A stretch of 64,000 nt of DNA. Origin: Isurus oxyrinchus (Eukaryota). The notes below the pieces were generated by a model. It did not search any database. It was not told where the DNA came from and worked only from the letters and a program-made list of their open reading frames with translations. The stretch is from the NCBI GenBank assembly GCA_026770705.1, contig JANJGN010000002.1, positions 49,910,001-49,974,000 on the forward strand. Reading direction: 5' to 3'. Below, piece by piece: positions 13,368 to 26,959 of the stretch; the first letter of the stretch is position 1; each line of letters opens with the position of its first letter. The position numbers and the translations under genes are program-made.

Positions 13368-14289
13368 CTGAATTCAGAAATAATTAAGTTCACCAAGACT
13401 TCAGAGATTTTTTTTTTAGTGAACTAAATTAAACATTTATTAACAAAAGAAAAGATTTCAAGCACATACGTAGGTCTACAAATTGCTACTATAATAACTC
13501 CTGAAGTCCCTAAGTAAGCTGGCTTCCAGTTACACCTTCTTTAAGGCAACAGTAAAAAAAAATATGTTTTAAACAGAACCAGGCAAGTCAACACAATAAC
13601 CTGGACAGTAGAATTCAAAGTGGCTCATCCCAGTTTTGGTTTCTGTGGACAGCAGCTTAATGCACAAATGCTAGAGGGTTCTCACACTTCTGTTAGCTCT
13701 TACAATGCCTTCCCTGACACATAGCCTCATTCTCCTTAATACATGTTTCTCCCTTTGAATCTAAATTCCATTGTTCCCATATGTCTTTGAAACTTTACCT
13801 TTCTCATAATATAAATCTTTTCATGGTGCAATATTGTCAGTAACCTTTGGGAAAAATAACCACATTGATTGGCCTAGCTTCTCCGCCTATGTATAAAAAT
13901 CCTACCATCTCTTTGAAATTCAAACTGCCCTGATTTATCTGAGATTGCAAATTCTCCTCATCTTACATTCTAAGGCTTTGGAACCCTCTAAGGTTCAATA
14001 GCCTCCTACCTATCTGAATGCTTATTTTCCTATTACTTCCCATCAAATGATTATCACCATTATTATTGTGCTCAGTACCCCAATCCATTTATTGCCTACA
14101 GCTATACTGGATGCCATGGACGAATAGAGACCATCCATTCACCATTGCTATTAATACAACCAACATAAAATGTGATAATTTATTCTAACATAATTAGAAA
14201 AATATATCACACATTATATTTTCCTCATTTGCATCTTTAGTAATGCTGGACATCAGGAAAGACTATAATTTCCTAACAAAAAAAATCAA

Positions 14290-14830
14290 CAGTAATACAA
14301 AAGCAAAATACTGCAGATACTGGAAACTTGAAATATAAGTGGAAAATACAGGGAATACCAGCAGGCCTGGCAGTAACTGTCGAGAGAGAGAAATAGTTTT
14401 AATTTGTTAGGTTGATGACCTTTCATCAGAACTAGAAGAAGATAGAGATTTGAAAGGCTTAAAGCAAGTATAGAGGCAGGGAAAGGGAGGAGGAGAGGAG
14501 ATAGTACAAAAGGGAAGTTCAGTGATAGTTGAAAGACAGAGGAGACCAAATGACCAAATAAGCAAGGCAAAATGGGGTGATAATGGGGTAAGTAAAGAAA
14601 TAAAAGATGTGCCTAGTGGAGACATAAATGAGAAAGCAGAATCATTACCAACAGCTGCCGTCCAAAAAACAAAACAAAAACATAAAGGGGGAAGGGGTTA
14701 TGTTCTGAAATTGTTGAACTCATTGTTGAATCATGCTTTAAAGTGCCTAATCAAAAGATGAAGTGCTATTCCTCGAACTTATATTGAGCTTCATTGGAAC
14801 TGTATAGGAGGCTGAGGGCAGGGTGGGAGA
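14290..14830 (-). mobile_element. Penelope-like element 3' fragment (end of GIY-YIG ORF plus tail with hammerhead remnant)
   Basis: Minus strand gives KFEE*HFIF*LGT...FNNEFNNFR (Penelope C-terminus) and CTGATGA-A-AGGTC-atc-aACCT at about 14408-14428. Confidence 0.75.
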
Positions 14831-14844
14831 ATCAAAACATCAGC

Positions 14845-15120
14845 AAACATCCCCATTTCTGGCTAATGATGGAGGGAAGGTCCTTGATGAAGCAGGTGAA
14901 GATGGTCGAATGTACAACAATGCCCTGAGGAACCCCCTGCAGTAATTTTATCGGGCTAATTTGATTGTCCCCAACAACTAAAACCATCTTCCCTGTGCTA
15001 GGTATGACCTCAGCCAGCGGAGAGTTTTCCCCTTGATTCCAATGCCTTCAATTTTACTATGGCTCCTTGATGCCCCACTCAGTCCAGTGTCATTTTGGTG
15101 TCACTTGGTCCTAACTCACC
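14845..15120 (-). mobile_element. HER1 LINE internal fragment
   Basis: aacatccccatttctgg...atggagggaaggtccttgatgaagcagg matches 4008-4070. Confidence 0.7.
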
Positions 15121-15415
15121 TCTGTGACTCATCTCAGAGGATAGGTAAGGGCCAGTCATAATGCTGTGGGTTAGCATTCACATGGGGACCATATCAGACT
15201 TCCTTCCAAAGGCCATTAGTGAACCAGATGGGATTTTACAACAATCTGGCAGCTCCATGGTCACCATTACTGAAACTAGCTTTTTAATCTAAATCTATTT
15301 AATTGGATTTAAACTTCTCCAGCAGCCATGTTGGGATTTAAACTCATGTTTCTGAAGCATTAACCAAGACCTCTGGGTCACTAGTCTAGCAGTATTACCA
15401 CTATGCTTTCATTCC
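15121..15415 (-). mobile_element. HE1-type SINE
   Basis: Reverse complement of the element at 40283-40625 (cccatctggttcactaatg core). Confidence 0.75.
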
Positions 15416-18094
15416 CTCTACTTTAATAGTTTTAACATGGAGCTTAGGTTAGTTGATTAAAACAGACAATGCAGCATTAATATAGGCAGGTTTTCTTCAG
15501 CTGTATATGGCACAATCCTCAAGATTACTTGTGCCAAAATCATTCTCAAATAGCTAACACCTATAAAATGTTAGTTTTCATCTTGTAGTGTTTATGAATA
15601 TTTGAAGATTCAACCTCAGGATAATTGCTTAATCCCCTCTAGGCACATTGCAGGAATGTCAGTTGAATGTTGGTGAACGAAGTACAGTAGAAAAAGGATG
15701 AGTCATAGGCTGTTGATAGAAAGACATGTGCTTATGCATTACAAACACCCTGCCACAGAGGCAAGCTGTCTGAACGTTTGGCATTACAGACAGCTTGTTT
15801 CACTGTTAGCTAAATGTCCACAGTTGGCCGCTGGGGACTCGGAAAAGTATGTTCCTTTCAGGAAGCCCAGCTTATTGTCAAAATATTGCATTCATGTTAG
15901 TCTCTTTTAGTGGTGCCTTTAGAACCAGCAGTTTGTCAAGTGTTGAGTTAAATCTGCCACATGAATTGAATGTATACTATGTTTTGGAACACTGGAAACA
16001 TGACCAAAACTGGTTTGTCCTGAACATTTATTTCTAATTAAAGCATGTATGTGAAAGCTTGCAGAATATGTAGAGCTATTATTTTAGTTGATACTGTAGA
16101 AGTATCAAGAGATTAAAATTCAGCTATGAAAACAGTTTTTTTTATTACTTGTCGCAGACTTTATTTGTTCTGTTGTTTATATACATAAGGGTTTTAATTA
16201 AGATGAAGAACATTCTGTCTGTCACTCAGCAAGTGACCTTCACAGTCTATCACATGCACAAGGCTCACAGTGTCCATGTTTCTTCAGTGCATCATATCCC
16301 AACTAAGTGTTTATAGGTCATTTCAATTTTTGGTGTGAAAAGTGTTTCACAGTTTGTTGTTTCGAGTCTCAACCGCCGTGTACATTTTTTTGCATTCGGT
16401 AGGGTTTGCATTTTTCTTTCTATATCCATAAAAACACTTTGCTACAGAAAAATCCTTTTATATTTTAGATTTGTACTTTCTACTCAATATAATATTGTTT
16501 CCATTTAAAAACTAAGTAACTAAAATGCTTGTGGAAAAAAATTAATATTCAAGAGGCGTCATTTATTTTTACTAATGTTGAACAAGTACAGGCAATGTGT
16601 TGGATGTTTTGATGTTTTCTCTGTGTATTTATATTATAGAGTCACAAAAAAGTAAGGAAATTTTGTCTGTCACTGGTTGTTTAGCTCAGTACAATAAGTA
16701 GGGCCCCAGATGTTCCAGTGAAGCTATTAGATTTTCCATAAAGATTAAGTGGTGTTGAAATCTCAGGTGAAGTGCAACTCACCTCCATTCAAGGAGAGTT
16801 AGGCAAAATAAGGTCTTGACTAGGCTTGACACAATTATTGCATTGCCCTCCCTTCCTTCCAAGTGGTGTTCAGGATATGAAAGAGATACAAGATCTAAAT
16901 CTAGGCATGGCTTTGATACAAAATGGTATTATCATTTGTCACCAGGGAAAAATATTATGTTTTGATCTCAAATAGCTCATCTATAAGCAAATAGGAGCAA
17001 ACAAATAACTTCTACACTACCCAGCCACTTTTCTATCATTCATTCAGTTATGCCAGACCTCTCCTATTGCCTAGGTCCATCTCCATCTTCCACCACCCTT
17101 TGCTATCCATTATTCTATGTTGTGCCATATACAATTATAAAAACAGTCAGAAGCAGTTTTTCTCAATTTCACATAGAACAAACCAGACTTACTTTAAAGC
17201 TGTAGTGCTAGAGGCTATCTCAAAAAGATATTCATTCAATTTCCAAGATTGCATTTACTTTTTTAAGGGTATAATTCAGTCAGAAGCTAGTTAAGGTGTG
17301 CTACAAAATGTTATCATGTTCAATAAGTTCCATTGAAGACCCGGGATGGCAAATAGATGTTTTCCTTTTACAACAGCAGCAGATGGATCCTCAGCATTAT
17401 TGTAAAACATTTATTAAAACCTACATAAGCCTAATGAAAAATATTATCATTAGTTCATTAATCTGATTTATGTTTGAATTCTGTAAGAAACAGAAACAGT
17501 TTAAAATCTAAATTCCAAACAAGAATTACATGAGAAGTTCTCATTCTTCCAAATAGCAATGTTATATCTGGCTATCCAATGTTTCCTCTGCAAGCATATT
17601 GGACCATATTTTGCTGTAGTAATAACTGTGAGGCTATTGGCACTTGCTGTTATTACAGGGTAAGTGTGACAGCAACTTCTGCCACCCACTGCCAGTGATA
17701 CCTTGCTCCTCCACAGGTTGTGTTACACCAGGCCTTGTCGATAGACTGGGTATTGAAATGACTGCAACAGGGTGAACTTGGAATACTGGTCCACTGGTTC
17801 CATACTATACGCAACTGAAAAAGTTAGAGTTGTTGTATTCAGGAGGTATTGAGTTTTGAGTGCTGTATTAAGTGATAATTACTACTAAACAACCTCAATT
17901 GCCCTGAAAAAAATAATTTTATAAGTGCAGTATCTCATTCTTTTGGAAGAAAATTAATGTGAGTAATATTTTTTAGTTATGACTCTTTTGCCTCTCTCCC
18001 TTCATCCCTTCTGTATCCCCCAATTTTTATTTAACTTTATGTAAATCAGTTAAATCTGATTTCTATTTTCTGCTTTATACTTCCTAGTTTTGAC

Positions 18095-19150
18095 CCTCTG
18101 GATTTTTACCAAACTGAGATGACATGGGAGTCCTTTAAAAATGGCAGGCAGGTCCCAATTCCAGGATTCCCAACCCTGTTCCTGGGCTGGCTGATTATCG
18201 GGAATGCTTTTAAAGGGTGCAGGCTGATTCCTGTCAAAAGTCCGAATCAGGCACACCTAACCTGGCCAGCACTATTGCAGAGATAAACAAGTCCCACTCT
18301 TCTGTGGATCCAAAGTATGGAGTTGGGCCAGATTTTTAAAGAGTCATGGTTCATGACTCCTCAGAGGAGTCTTGAACCTCAGCCTGCAGGAGGAGGACCT
18401 TTTGAAGGGCAAGCTGAAAAGGTCCTCCTCATGCCCCCCATGCCAGACCATGCCTCTAACCACACCCCATGGCTCTTCATTCCCCCTATGCCAAGCTCTG
18501 CCCTTCCACCCACTCCTCACAGCCTCTCAACCTTCAATGCCAAGCTATGCCTTTCCACCCATCCTCTATGCCCCCTCATACATCCAATTATTAATATTGA
18601 TACTTTAAAGGTTCTAGATGATTGACAGTTATGAAAGAATTACATTTTTTAAAATCTTTTTTATAGATAATACTGTCACTATAGCATTCATTGGTTCTAT
18701 ACAGCGTGTAGTGTGTCAGTGGCATGGAAATGTCATAGCTTGGCATTAGGGATATGAGGGTGTTAGAGGGTGGAGCTTGGCACAGGAAGCATGAGGGGCC
18801 ATGGGGGTAGGTGAGGGGCATGAGGTGGCATGGATGGGGCATGAGGAATGTGTGAAGGGTGAGCGGGTGTGAGGGGTGAGGGCTTGAAGGGTTTTGTGTT
18901 TTTACATTAACTGGGATGGAAATCCCACTGCCTCTGAGGCAGGCCTTTTAAACAGCCCGCTTTGGCACCTAGCAGCCCCTGTGGCTGCCTACAAACATTT
19001 TCCTGGGTCAATTGACCTGACTCCTGCCTGCACATGCCACCCCCGGCAATGAAGATCCCGCCTTTGCAGGCATTTTCTCACGAGACGGGTGGGCCGAGCC
19101 AGGAAGTTTCCCAAGTCTTGCTACCCGCCTGGTGGATGAAAATCCAGGCT
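18095..19150. mobile_element. Non-autonomous Harbinger-like element with a large internal inverted repeat
   Basis: Termini ctctggattttt and aaaatccaggct; 18427-18590 is inverted relative to about 18690-18847. Confidence 0.6.
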
Positions 19151-20369
19151 TCCACCTCAGTGACAATTCTCAAATCTGATTGACTGGAGAGCTTCACTGC
19201 CTCTTGGCCTGGTCATAGATATCACAGATCATCAGGTGATGCGCACTGAAACAAGCATCAGATTGGTCGAAATTTCCGCTGGTATGCCTGCATAAACTCT
19301 GGGCAGGTGTCATCAAGGTGAACGGCAAGCAGTATTCCTCAGCTGCTGGAGGAAAATCTGGGCCATTATTTCCAGGCCAACGAATTAAGAGCTATGCTGT
19401 ATCATTTTATTATGAAGACCCTGAGTTAATTGGAAACTGCAATCAAGAAAAATGGAAGATACATTAGTAAGTGTAATTAATCCAAATTTCAGCAACTGTC
19501 ATATGAAACCTATTGGCTAAAGAAATCTTCATAGTCATTGTAGAATTCTGGAATGAAATTCACATTGGGTTGAGGGTTGGAGACATCTTTAACACTGTGC
19601 ACGTGTTCCTCCAAAGTATGATGGGCTAAAATTTGCTGCCAAACTAATGTGAGGCCAATGGCTCTCACTGTTATTCATTGGTAAGTGATATAATAACTTC
19701 AGGCACGGAGGAGATGTGTAGTTAAAGGCGAATATCTAAATATTGCACCATTCTACTGTCAGCTTCACAAAATCGGATTCCCACCTTAAGGCTCCGCCTT
19801 TTTTTTAGGAACTTGCTGTATTTGTCTATTAATTGCCCATTAAACTTACCACAGAAAGTTGACTTGTCATTAGTAGTGTAACTGCCCTTTTAATTATAGG
19901 ACAAGTGTTCATGGCTGCCAAACAAGCTATCTGGTACCAAAAATTAATTATTACAAGCTTGGAACTTCATTCATTAAGATTTTGAATATCTTGGGGAGGA
20001 TTTTGAACTGTTGTATTTTAAATGTTATATTGTTTCTTACTTTACCATTCCTTTTTAATCTCTCTTATTTCTACTTCTATACTTGATTTGACATGAATTC
20101 AACACCTTTAATCCCCCCTCCTTATCTGTCCTTCCTGTAGTTATTTTCCAAACTTAAAAACTTATTGGTTAAGGAAATACCTGTTGGTTTATTCAGATTC
20201 CAGATGCCTTATTTCCCTTACTGTGTCATTGTCAGCTTACACTTTCAGGGACTTTGTGGGCAAAGATTTTTTTGACTGAGAGAGTGCAAGGCATGTCTAA
20301 CTGATGGCAGATGTAATTAGATGCCTTGCTACAGCAAATTCTGGCCCAACATGTCAAAACTACACACAA

Positions 20370-20515
20370 AATCAAATTACTGTGGATGCTGAAAATGCTG
20401 GATATACTTAGCAGATCAGGTAGTAATTATGGAAGCAAAATAAAATTGACATTTCAGGCTGATCATCAGCACTGTTCAGATGTTACCTGACTTGTGGCAT
20501 TTTCTGCTTTCATTG
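20370..20515. mobile_element. Penelope-like terminal remnant with partial inverted arm
   Basis: aaaatgctggatatacttagcagatcaggtag ... tgttacctgacttgtggcattttctg; same family as 61106-61319. Confidence 0.5.
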
Positions 20516-20559
20516 TTAAGACTACTTTTCTACTTGCACTACAAGCTTGCACAGAATAT

Positions 20560-21338
20560 ATAAGGAAGATACATATATTTGGACTGAGCACCTGGACAAA
20601 TTAGAACAGATGAGGGAGAGAGTGACATGGATTTGTGAAAGATAAGTCACATCTAATAAGTCCAGACTTTTTGAGAAGATAACTAATATCGTAGATATAT
20701 GATTATATGAACTTCCAGAAGGCATAAGGTTAAGGTTCCACAGAAGAGACTGTTTAAAAAAAAGTGAGAATGCATAGAATATTGGAGACAGCCTATTGGT
20801 TTAGTTAGGGAATTGGTTAGGAGAGACGGGATAAAGGGTGTATACTCAAGTTGGCAGGGTGTGATGAATGTTCTTCCCAAGGGATCTGTATTGGGACCTT
20901 AGCTTTTCAGTATATTTATAAATGACTTGGATGAAAGAATAGGTTTTCTGAGGACACTAAGTGCCACAGTAAATAGTGTATATGGGAGCAGAAAGTTGCA
21001 AAGGAATATTGATAGATTAAGTGAGCACACAAAACTGTGGCAGATGGGGTTGAATGTGGGGAAGTGTGAGATCATCCAATTTAGAAAGATTTATCAGTGT
21101 ATTATCTAAATGGCAAGAAGCTGAGTAGTGCAGATAAGCAGAGAGATTTAGGGGTCCAAATACAGAAATCACTAAAAGCCAGCAGAGAGTACAAAATAAA
21201 TGTTAAAAATGCTCATGAAGTGTGACCTTTATCTCAAAGTGGCTGGAATACAAAGGGGTGGAAGTCGTGTTACAATTGAACAGTGCTCTGATTAGAATTT
21301 ACCTGGAATAATGCAGTCATTTCTAAGCACCGCACCTT
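20560..21338 (+). mobile_element. CR1 LINE RT fragment (old)
   Basis: Contains LQRNIDRLSEHTKLWQMGLNVGKCEII and a PQGSVLGP-like cccaagggatctgtattgggacc. Confidence 0.85.
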
Positions 21339-21928
21339 AGGCTGGATTTTACCGTCGGCAAGTGCGGGAGGGGCCTGCTTGCCAGCATGTAAAATGGCGC
21401 GCGGTGATGTCGGGCGGAACCCCTGATGTCACCACGTCCCATTTAAATTTTCAGGAAGGTGAGGGCGCAACAAACTCAGCTGCACCTGCTGACCTGTCAA
21501 AGGCCAACTGAGACCATTGGCAGAGCAATTAAAGTAATTAGTGGACCTGCCCACCCAACCTTAAGGTTGGTGGGCAGGCTAGGAGCCCTGGCGGGAACTA
21601 GAAAAAACATGAAACCTCATCCAGGGACAGGATGAGGTTTCATGTAGGGTTTTAAAAATTTTAAAGGTTTTTTTTGGAAACGATGAACATGTCCCAACTC
21701 ATGTGACATTTTCACACGAGGGGACATGTTAGGGAAATTTTATTTTTCTATTTTGAGCTTTTTCACATTTAGATCCGATCTCCCTGAGGCAGCACTTAGC
21801 CTCAGGGAGATGAGTTTGCTCTTTCATTAGCGAAAGAGTGCACTCTCAATTTTAGGAATCCTTCCTGCCCGCACAAGGAGTGCATAGAGCTTTCACGCGG
21901 ACATCACACTGGGCGGGCCTTAATTGGC
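21339..21928 (+). mobile_element. Harbinger-type multi-hairpin MITE, copy 3 (3'-truncated)
   Basis: TIR AGGCTGGATTTT; perfect palindrome CCAACCTTAAGGTTGG at 21555-21570; 16-bp stem 21607-21622/21630-21645. Confidence 0.85.
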
Positions 21929-21949
21929 AGGGGGAGGACTTGCGAAGCC

Positions 21950-24426
21950 TGTCAATCAAGCTAAAAGACAACATTACACATGATTCAGTAAAAGTGAATA
22001 TATTTTCAGATTTTAGAGTGACAAAATGTGTTCACCCACTTGTGATCAGAATTCTTAACTTTTCTAGGCTTACCACTTCTTCTAGGTGCTGCCCTGACAT
22101 CTGCAGCAGCAGCACTGGAGACAGCCTGTTCAATGGTTGGCCCTGTTGCCTCTAATGACTTTAGCATGTGTCCTCTGGAGAGCCAAGCTCGCCGGCTTGC
22201 CTTGGCTGTCATCCAATGGGCCAGCTGCTCCCTCTGCGGTTACAGAGGATAAGGTTGAGTGGGTCACAGGCAAAGGGGACTCAGAGGGAGGGCACAGCCT
22301 CTGACCTTTCTGAGTGGATGACCCAGGGGTGTCCAGCTGCTGCTCCTCCTCTCTTCGAGTGCCTGAAGGCCATGGCCTGGCTCCTTGAGGGGAAGGAGCA
22401 CCTGGAGGGATGTCAAGATGCCCTTTTCACCCTCACGTTTCCACTGCAGGAACTCACCCATATCTACCACGATGGAGTGTAGGTCTGCACGCATCTCCAT
22501 GTTCTGCTGGACCAGGATCTCCATAGCATCTCCATGGCCATCCTCCCATAGAGACCTCCATACGTGCACATGTGAGCACAACTTCATCAGACAGCAGGCG
22601 GACACACTCTTCCAACACTCTGTTGAGGGCTACCAACAGCTCTGCGTAATGTTCCCCTGTCTTCTGCTGACTCTCCACGATGAGTTGGAAGGCTGAATCC
22701 AGAGGCTCATCATCTGACTTAGTCCTCACAGATGCCTCTTCCACAGCAGTCCTCCATGTGCCAGGGAGCTCGGCTGAACCTGCCTCTTCCTGCTACGGAC
22801 ACCTGTCCATGTGGTGATCACCAGATTGTGAACCTGAACCTGCTCTAGGTCAAGGTCTACTGAGGCGTGTCTCTCTGCGCCGGTAGAGGGTGTGGGTAAG
22901 TGCTATGATGGGTCTTCCAGGCTGCTTATTTCTAGCTATTCAATAGAGGAGGCATCTTCTTGGCTATAGGTGAGGACATGGATGGAGCTGATGGACTGGT
23001 TGGCTGAGGGTGTCAGAAGCTTGGCAGAGCTCCCCGTGAACTAAAGTAGAGATAATTACTCCATGGCAGCAGAGTCAAAAGCAGGAGAGAGAGCATCATA
23101 TTTGCATTGAGAGGAATGATGTGGTGCAGGATCCTCATGTGGGTGTTCGCTGCCAACCTCACCATCGCTGTAGGCACACTCCACATCCTCACCAGTCAGC
23201 GCGATGGCATGCTGCTCAAAGTGAGTGAGGGGCCTAATGTGGGCCACTCCACCCCCGGTCTGGAACCTCTCCCTGCTGTTGTTAGCCAGCTTCTCCTGCA
23301 TGAGAAGTGATGGATAAGGTGTGAGCAGGAGGCATAGCACTGCGTGGCATGTTTGTGTGGTGAGCTGAGCCATGGACGGGATGAGGATGCAAACTCCAGA
23401 GTTTATGAGTCTGTTGGAGATGTGACGATATGTGTGAGAGTTAGTCCCTTGAAGTATGAGATCCCTGCGGATGTGTGATGGTTTGGGAGTGAATGAGTTG
23501 AGAGTGATGAGGTGATAGATTTACCCTGGTGGAACGGATGAGAATGTTCATCCTCTTCTTGCACTGGATGGCTGACCTCCTCTGTGTTCCGGTGGTGCTG
23601 ACTGCTGCTGCCACCCGCCAGGCTGGATTGGTGGCTCTGGTGGACCTCCTGCAGCCATAGCCGGGGTATTGTGTCCAGTAGGCGCCCCAGAGAGGCATCA
23701 CTAAATTTAGGACCTGCTGTCTTCTTTGCTTTTGTGGTCATCTATCACCTGGAGCAGTAATGGCCTGAAGACAATTTTTAAAAATTCATTCAGGGGATGT
23801 GAGCATTGCTGGCTAGGCTAGCACTTATTGCCCATTCCCTAATCTTGAGAAGGTGGTGGTGAGCTGCTTTCTTCAACCACTGCACTCCATATGGTGTAGG
23901 TACACCCACGGTGCTCTAAGGGAATTCCAGGATTTTGATCCAGCGACAGTGAAGGAACAGCAATATATTTCCAAATGAGGTCAGTGAGTGGCTTGGAGGG
24001 GAAGTTCCAGGTGGTGGTGTTCCCATGTGTCTGCTGTCCTTATCCACCGAGATGGTAGTGGTTGTAGGTTTGGTAGGTGCTGTCTAAGAAGCTTTGGTGA
24101 GTTTTTGGAGTGCATCTTGTAGATGGTACACACTGCTGCTACTGTGCGTTAGTGGTAGAGGGGGTGAAGTGATGAAGTACGCTGCGCTCTGGTGCGCTTT
24201 AAATATGGCACCCAGAGTGAGGAAATGCTGAGGTCATGGTGTGTTGGGCAAATCTGAGCCTGGCTGAAAGCAATCTGGAGTGTTTCCCATGAATTCATTA
24301 TTAATGAGGTAGAACGCACTGGAAGGGGATGAAACGGCACGAAAATCCACCATTGCAGCTGGCAGATAAAACGTTGTTTTTCACGCCCACTACCGCACTT
24401 CGTGAAAATCTGGAATGATTTCACCC
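21950..24426 (-). mobile_element. Harbinger half-element carrying a decayed Myb/SANT gene (about 23741 to 22080), no transposase
   Basis: Right end (reverse complement GGGTGAAATCATTCC) matches the 43321 terminus; MTTKAKKTAGPKFSDASLGRLLD...AIQCKKRMNILIRSTR|gt and exon 2 EKLANNSRERFQTGGGVAHIRPLTHFEQHAIALTGE. Confidence 0.85.
23783..24175 (-). mobile_element. HER1 LINE 3' fragment inserted in the Harbinger 5' region
   Basis: Aligns with 3165-3520. Confidence 0.85.
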
Positions 24427-25184
24427 TTTATCTTTTTGGGTCTGTTGGCTTCATCTGAATGTAATACTGATGCAACAGCCCAGTACAACAAGTCACATGC
24501 ATAAAGAACATACATACAGAAGGTTGTTTCATTTGTTTTTTAAAACTTAATATGCAGTTAAAAAAAAGTCAATTTTATTTAAGAACCTGCCATCTGTTTT
24601 TTAAAGACTAGTTTTACTTTTTAGCCATAAAGGTTTTAAAAGAAGATCTATATTAACTGCCACTGTATAAAAATGTCTTCCCTTGATTTTAATTCAGTTA
24701 TAATTTAAAAGACATCAACCTCCTTTAAATAAATTAATTTTTTTGTAAATTCAAATTGATCCAAATCCTACTGCATAGATTTTCCACAAAGCACTTTTAG
24801 TCACACTTGATACTCAAACCAGAAGTTATACTTTGTTGCATTTATGGCCAGAATATATTAATTATGGTGGATCAACAACTGTTCTCAACTTTGCCCAAAA
24901 ATAAAAACAGCTCTTCTGAAAATAAGAACACAAGTTCACATCAGGATCATTTGTTTCTTGCTCCTCTCCCTGCCTCAGCGCAGATACACAAGATTCCATT
25001 CTTGTCCTCCTCATTTACATGCTGCCAATTTTCCTGTCCCAGTGAGCTCAGAGACAGCCAATTATGGGCCCCCCACCCCCAGAGGATGGGTCCATCCGTC
25101 TCACTACCAGCAAGTGTGGACTCGGGACCTCCATTTGGCCCTGACACTAGGGTCCCAAAGCCTGCAGGGAAATCCGGCATTATT

Positions 25185-25290
25185 TCTGCTTTTCTCTCTC
25201 TCTACAGATGCTATCAGACCTGCTCAATATTTCCAGAATTTTCTGTTTTTATTTCAGCTTTCTAGTTTCTGTAATACTTTGCTTTTGTGT
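25185..25290 (+). mobile_element. Penelope-like tail remnant
   Basis: ctctctctacagatgctatcagacctgctcaatatttccagaattttctg, same family as the other Penelope tails. Confidence 0.55.
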
Positions 25291-26959
25291 TTGTGTGGGA
25301 GTATATTTACTTTGGCAACCTCCCTAAGACCAGTACATTTCTTCCTCACCTGCTCAAGGGATTTGGTGCACTGATAAGCAGCATAAACACTTTCATCATC
25401 CAAGCTCTCTGCCACTAGTCCTGACTACGCAAATCCAAAAAAGACCCCAAGGATCTGCCACAGTAGCACCATTAGAGCAATTCAAGTCCTGTAATTCACT
25501 ATAGCTAGTTCTCCTTCAGGATAGCTTTGAGAGTTTTGAGAGCGCGCAACTCTTCATGTAAAGCAACAGCAACATACATCACACCCTTTGATCCTTGCAC
25601 AGCATATCATGCAATATCTGAAGATTTTAGTGTAAGATCAGTCCACTGCAACATGGGAACATACAAAACCCAAAAACAACAGTTTCCCAAACCACGTTAT
25701 TGGCTTCCAGATAGAAAGAGCCTCAGGGTTGTAGCTTGACTTAAGTTTTACCAGATTGTCTTGATAATGTATTGAGGTATGCTTTCACTGTTGAATGAAC
25801 ATGAAAGACAACAGAAAAAAAAAATATTATCAATAATACTCAATGCAGTATTAACCTTGCACTGAATGGAGTTGATTTCTGCTCCTGGGTGGGAACCCAG
25901 CTGCACTAATGGCCAGTGTGTCCAGGTCCAGCAGCAGCAAGGCTTGGGCTAATTTAACATCAACGCTTCATCAGCCTGCTGCTGTCAAACATTGACCAAA
26001 AGGCCCAAGAAATGGGCTATTAAAATGGAAGGGCCCAGAGGCTGTGACTGGGCACTGGCAAAAATAAAACCCCCAACACTAGGTAAGTTGTTGTAAGGAC
26101 GCAGGTAGGTGAATCACAATCAAGGGAGTGGGGAAACCTATGGAAGGAGTGGCCCATGGTTTACAGAAAATCCCACGAACTTCAGTTGGTGTTCTTGTTG
26201 CCTCCAATTTAAAACTGCTGTGAGCCAGATTGTGATATGTCCTGTGCTTTATTTCAACTGCCTCACCACCTAATTTCTGCCTGGCATAGCAAAACGGTGG
26301 TTAAGTTCAACATTATTTTATCACTTCCTGCTAGACTCCATATTTGCTATTTTATAGCACTGTGTCTGTTAGTGACATGATTATACTATTTAATTCAGTG
26401 TATGATGTAGCTTCTGGTACATCTCTTGCACTGTTTTTATTAAATCCAATTTGTATTTATGGGATTATCTTAATAAAAACAGAAAAAAAACTTTGTCTCT
26501 GTAATTAATGATGTGGTAGCAAAATCATATTCTCAAGGATCACACATTTCAAAGCCAAACATTTCTGTAATTTTGATAGGGCAATAATAATTAATGAAGA
26601 AGAGGTCCTTTTCGTAAAAGGAGAAATTTTGGATCTTTAAAAATGTAATGGGATGTAATATCATTCCCATTCTGAAGATAATCTAATCATATTTGTTTGT
26701 GAAGAATGAATTATGTTAAAATTAAAGTACACTTGCTAGCAGATTTGCGAAGGATTGATAATAAGTATAAAGGAGTCATAGGGCACTGGAGAGGTACTAG
26801 TAATTGGGAAGTAGAGTTAAGGTGAGCAACAAAACAGACAGAGGCAACTAGACCATTGTACTTACTTCAGTTCCATGTAAAATAACGGATTTATTTATTA
26901 AGAATATTATTTATTAAGACAATTATTATAATAACCTAATAAACAGCATTCAACATGGA

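Noticed and set aside
17557-17659. Candidate exon with ttcttccaaatag acceptor and GTAAGT donor
   Set aside because: It is 103 nt (frameshifting), shows no similarity to usherin, and its 3' part resembles an old repeat also seen near 19620-19700. At most a cryptic pseudoexon.
11651-24426. Two complementary Harbinger B ends that could delimit one 12.8-kb element
   Set aside because: Flanks differ (aca versus ttt) and the interior has no transposase and looks like ordinary intron.
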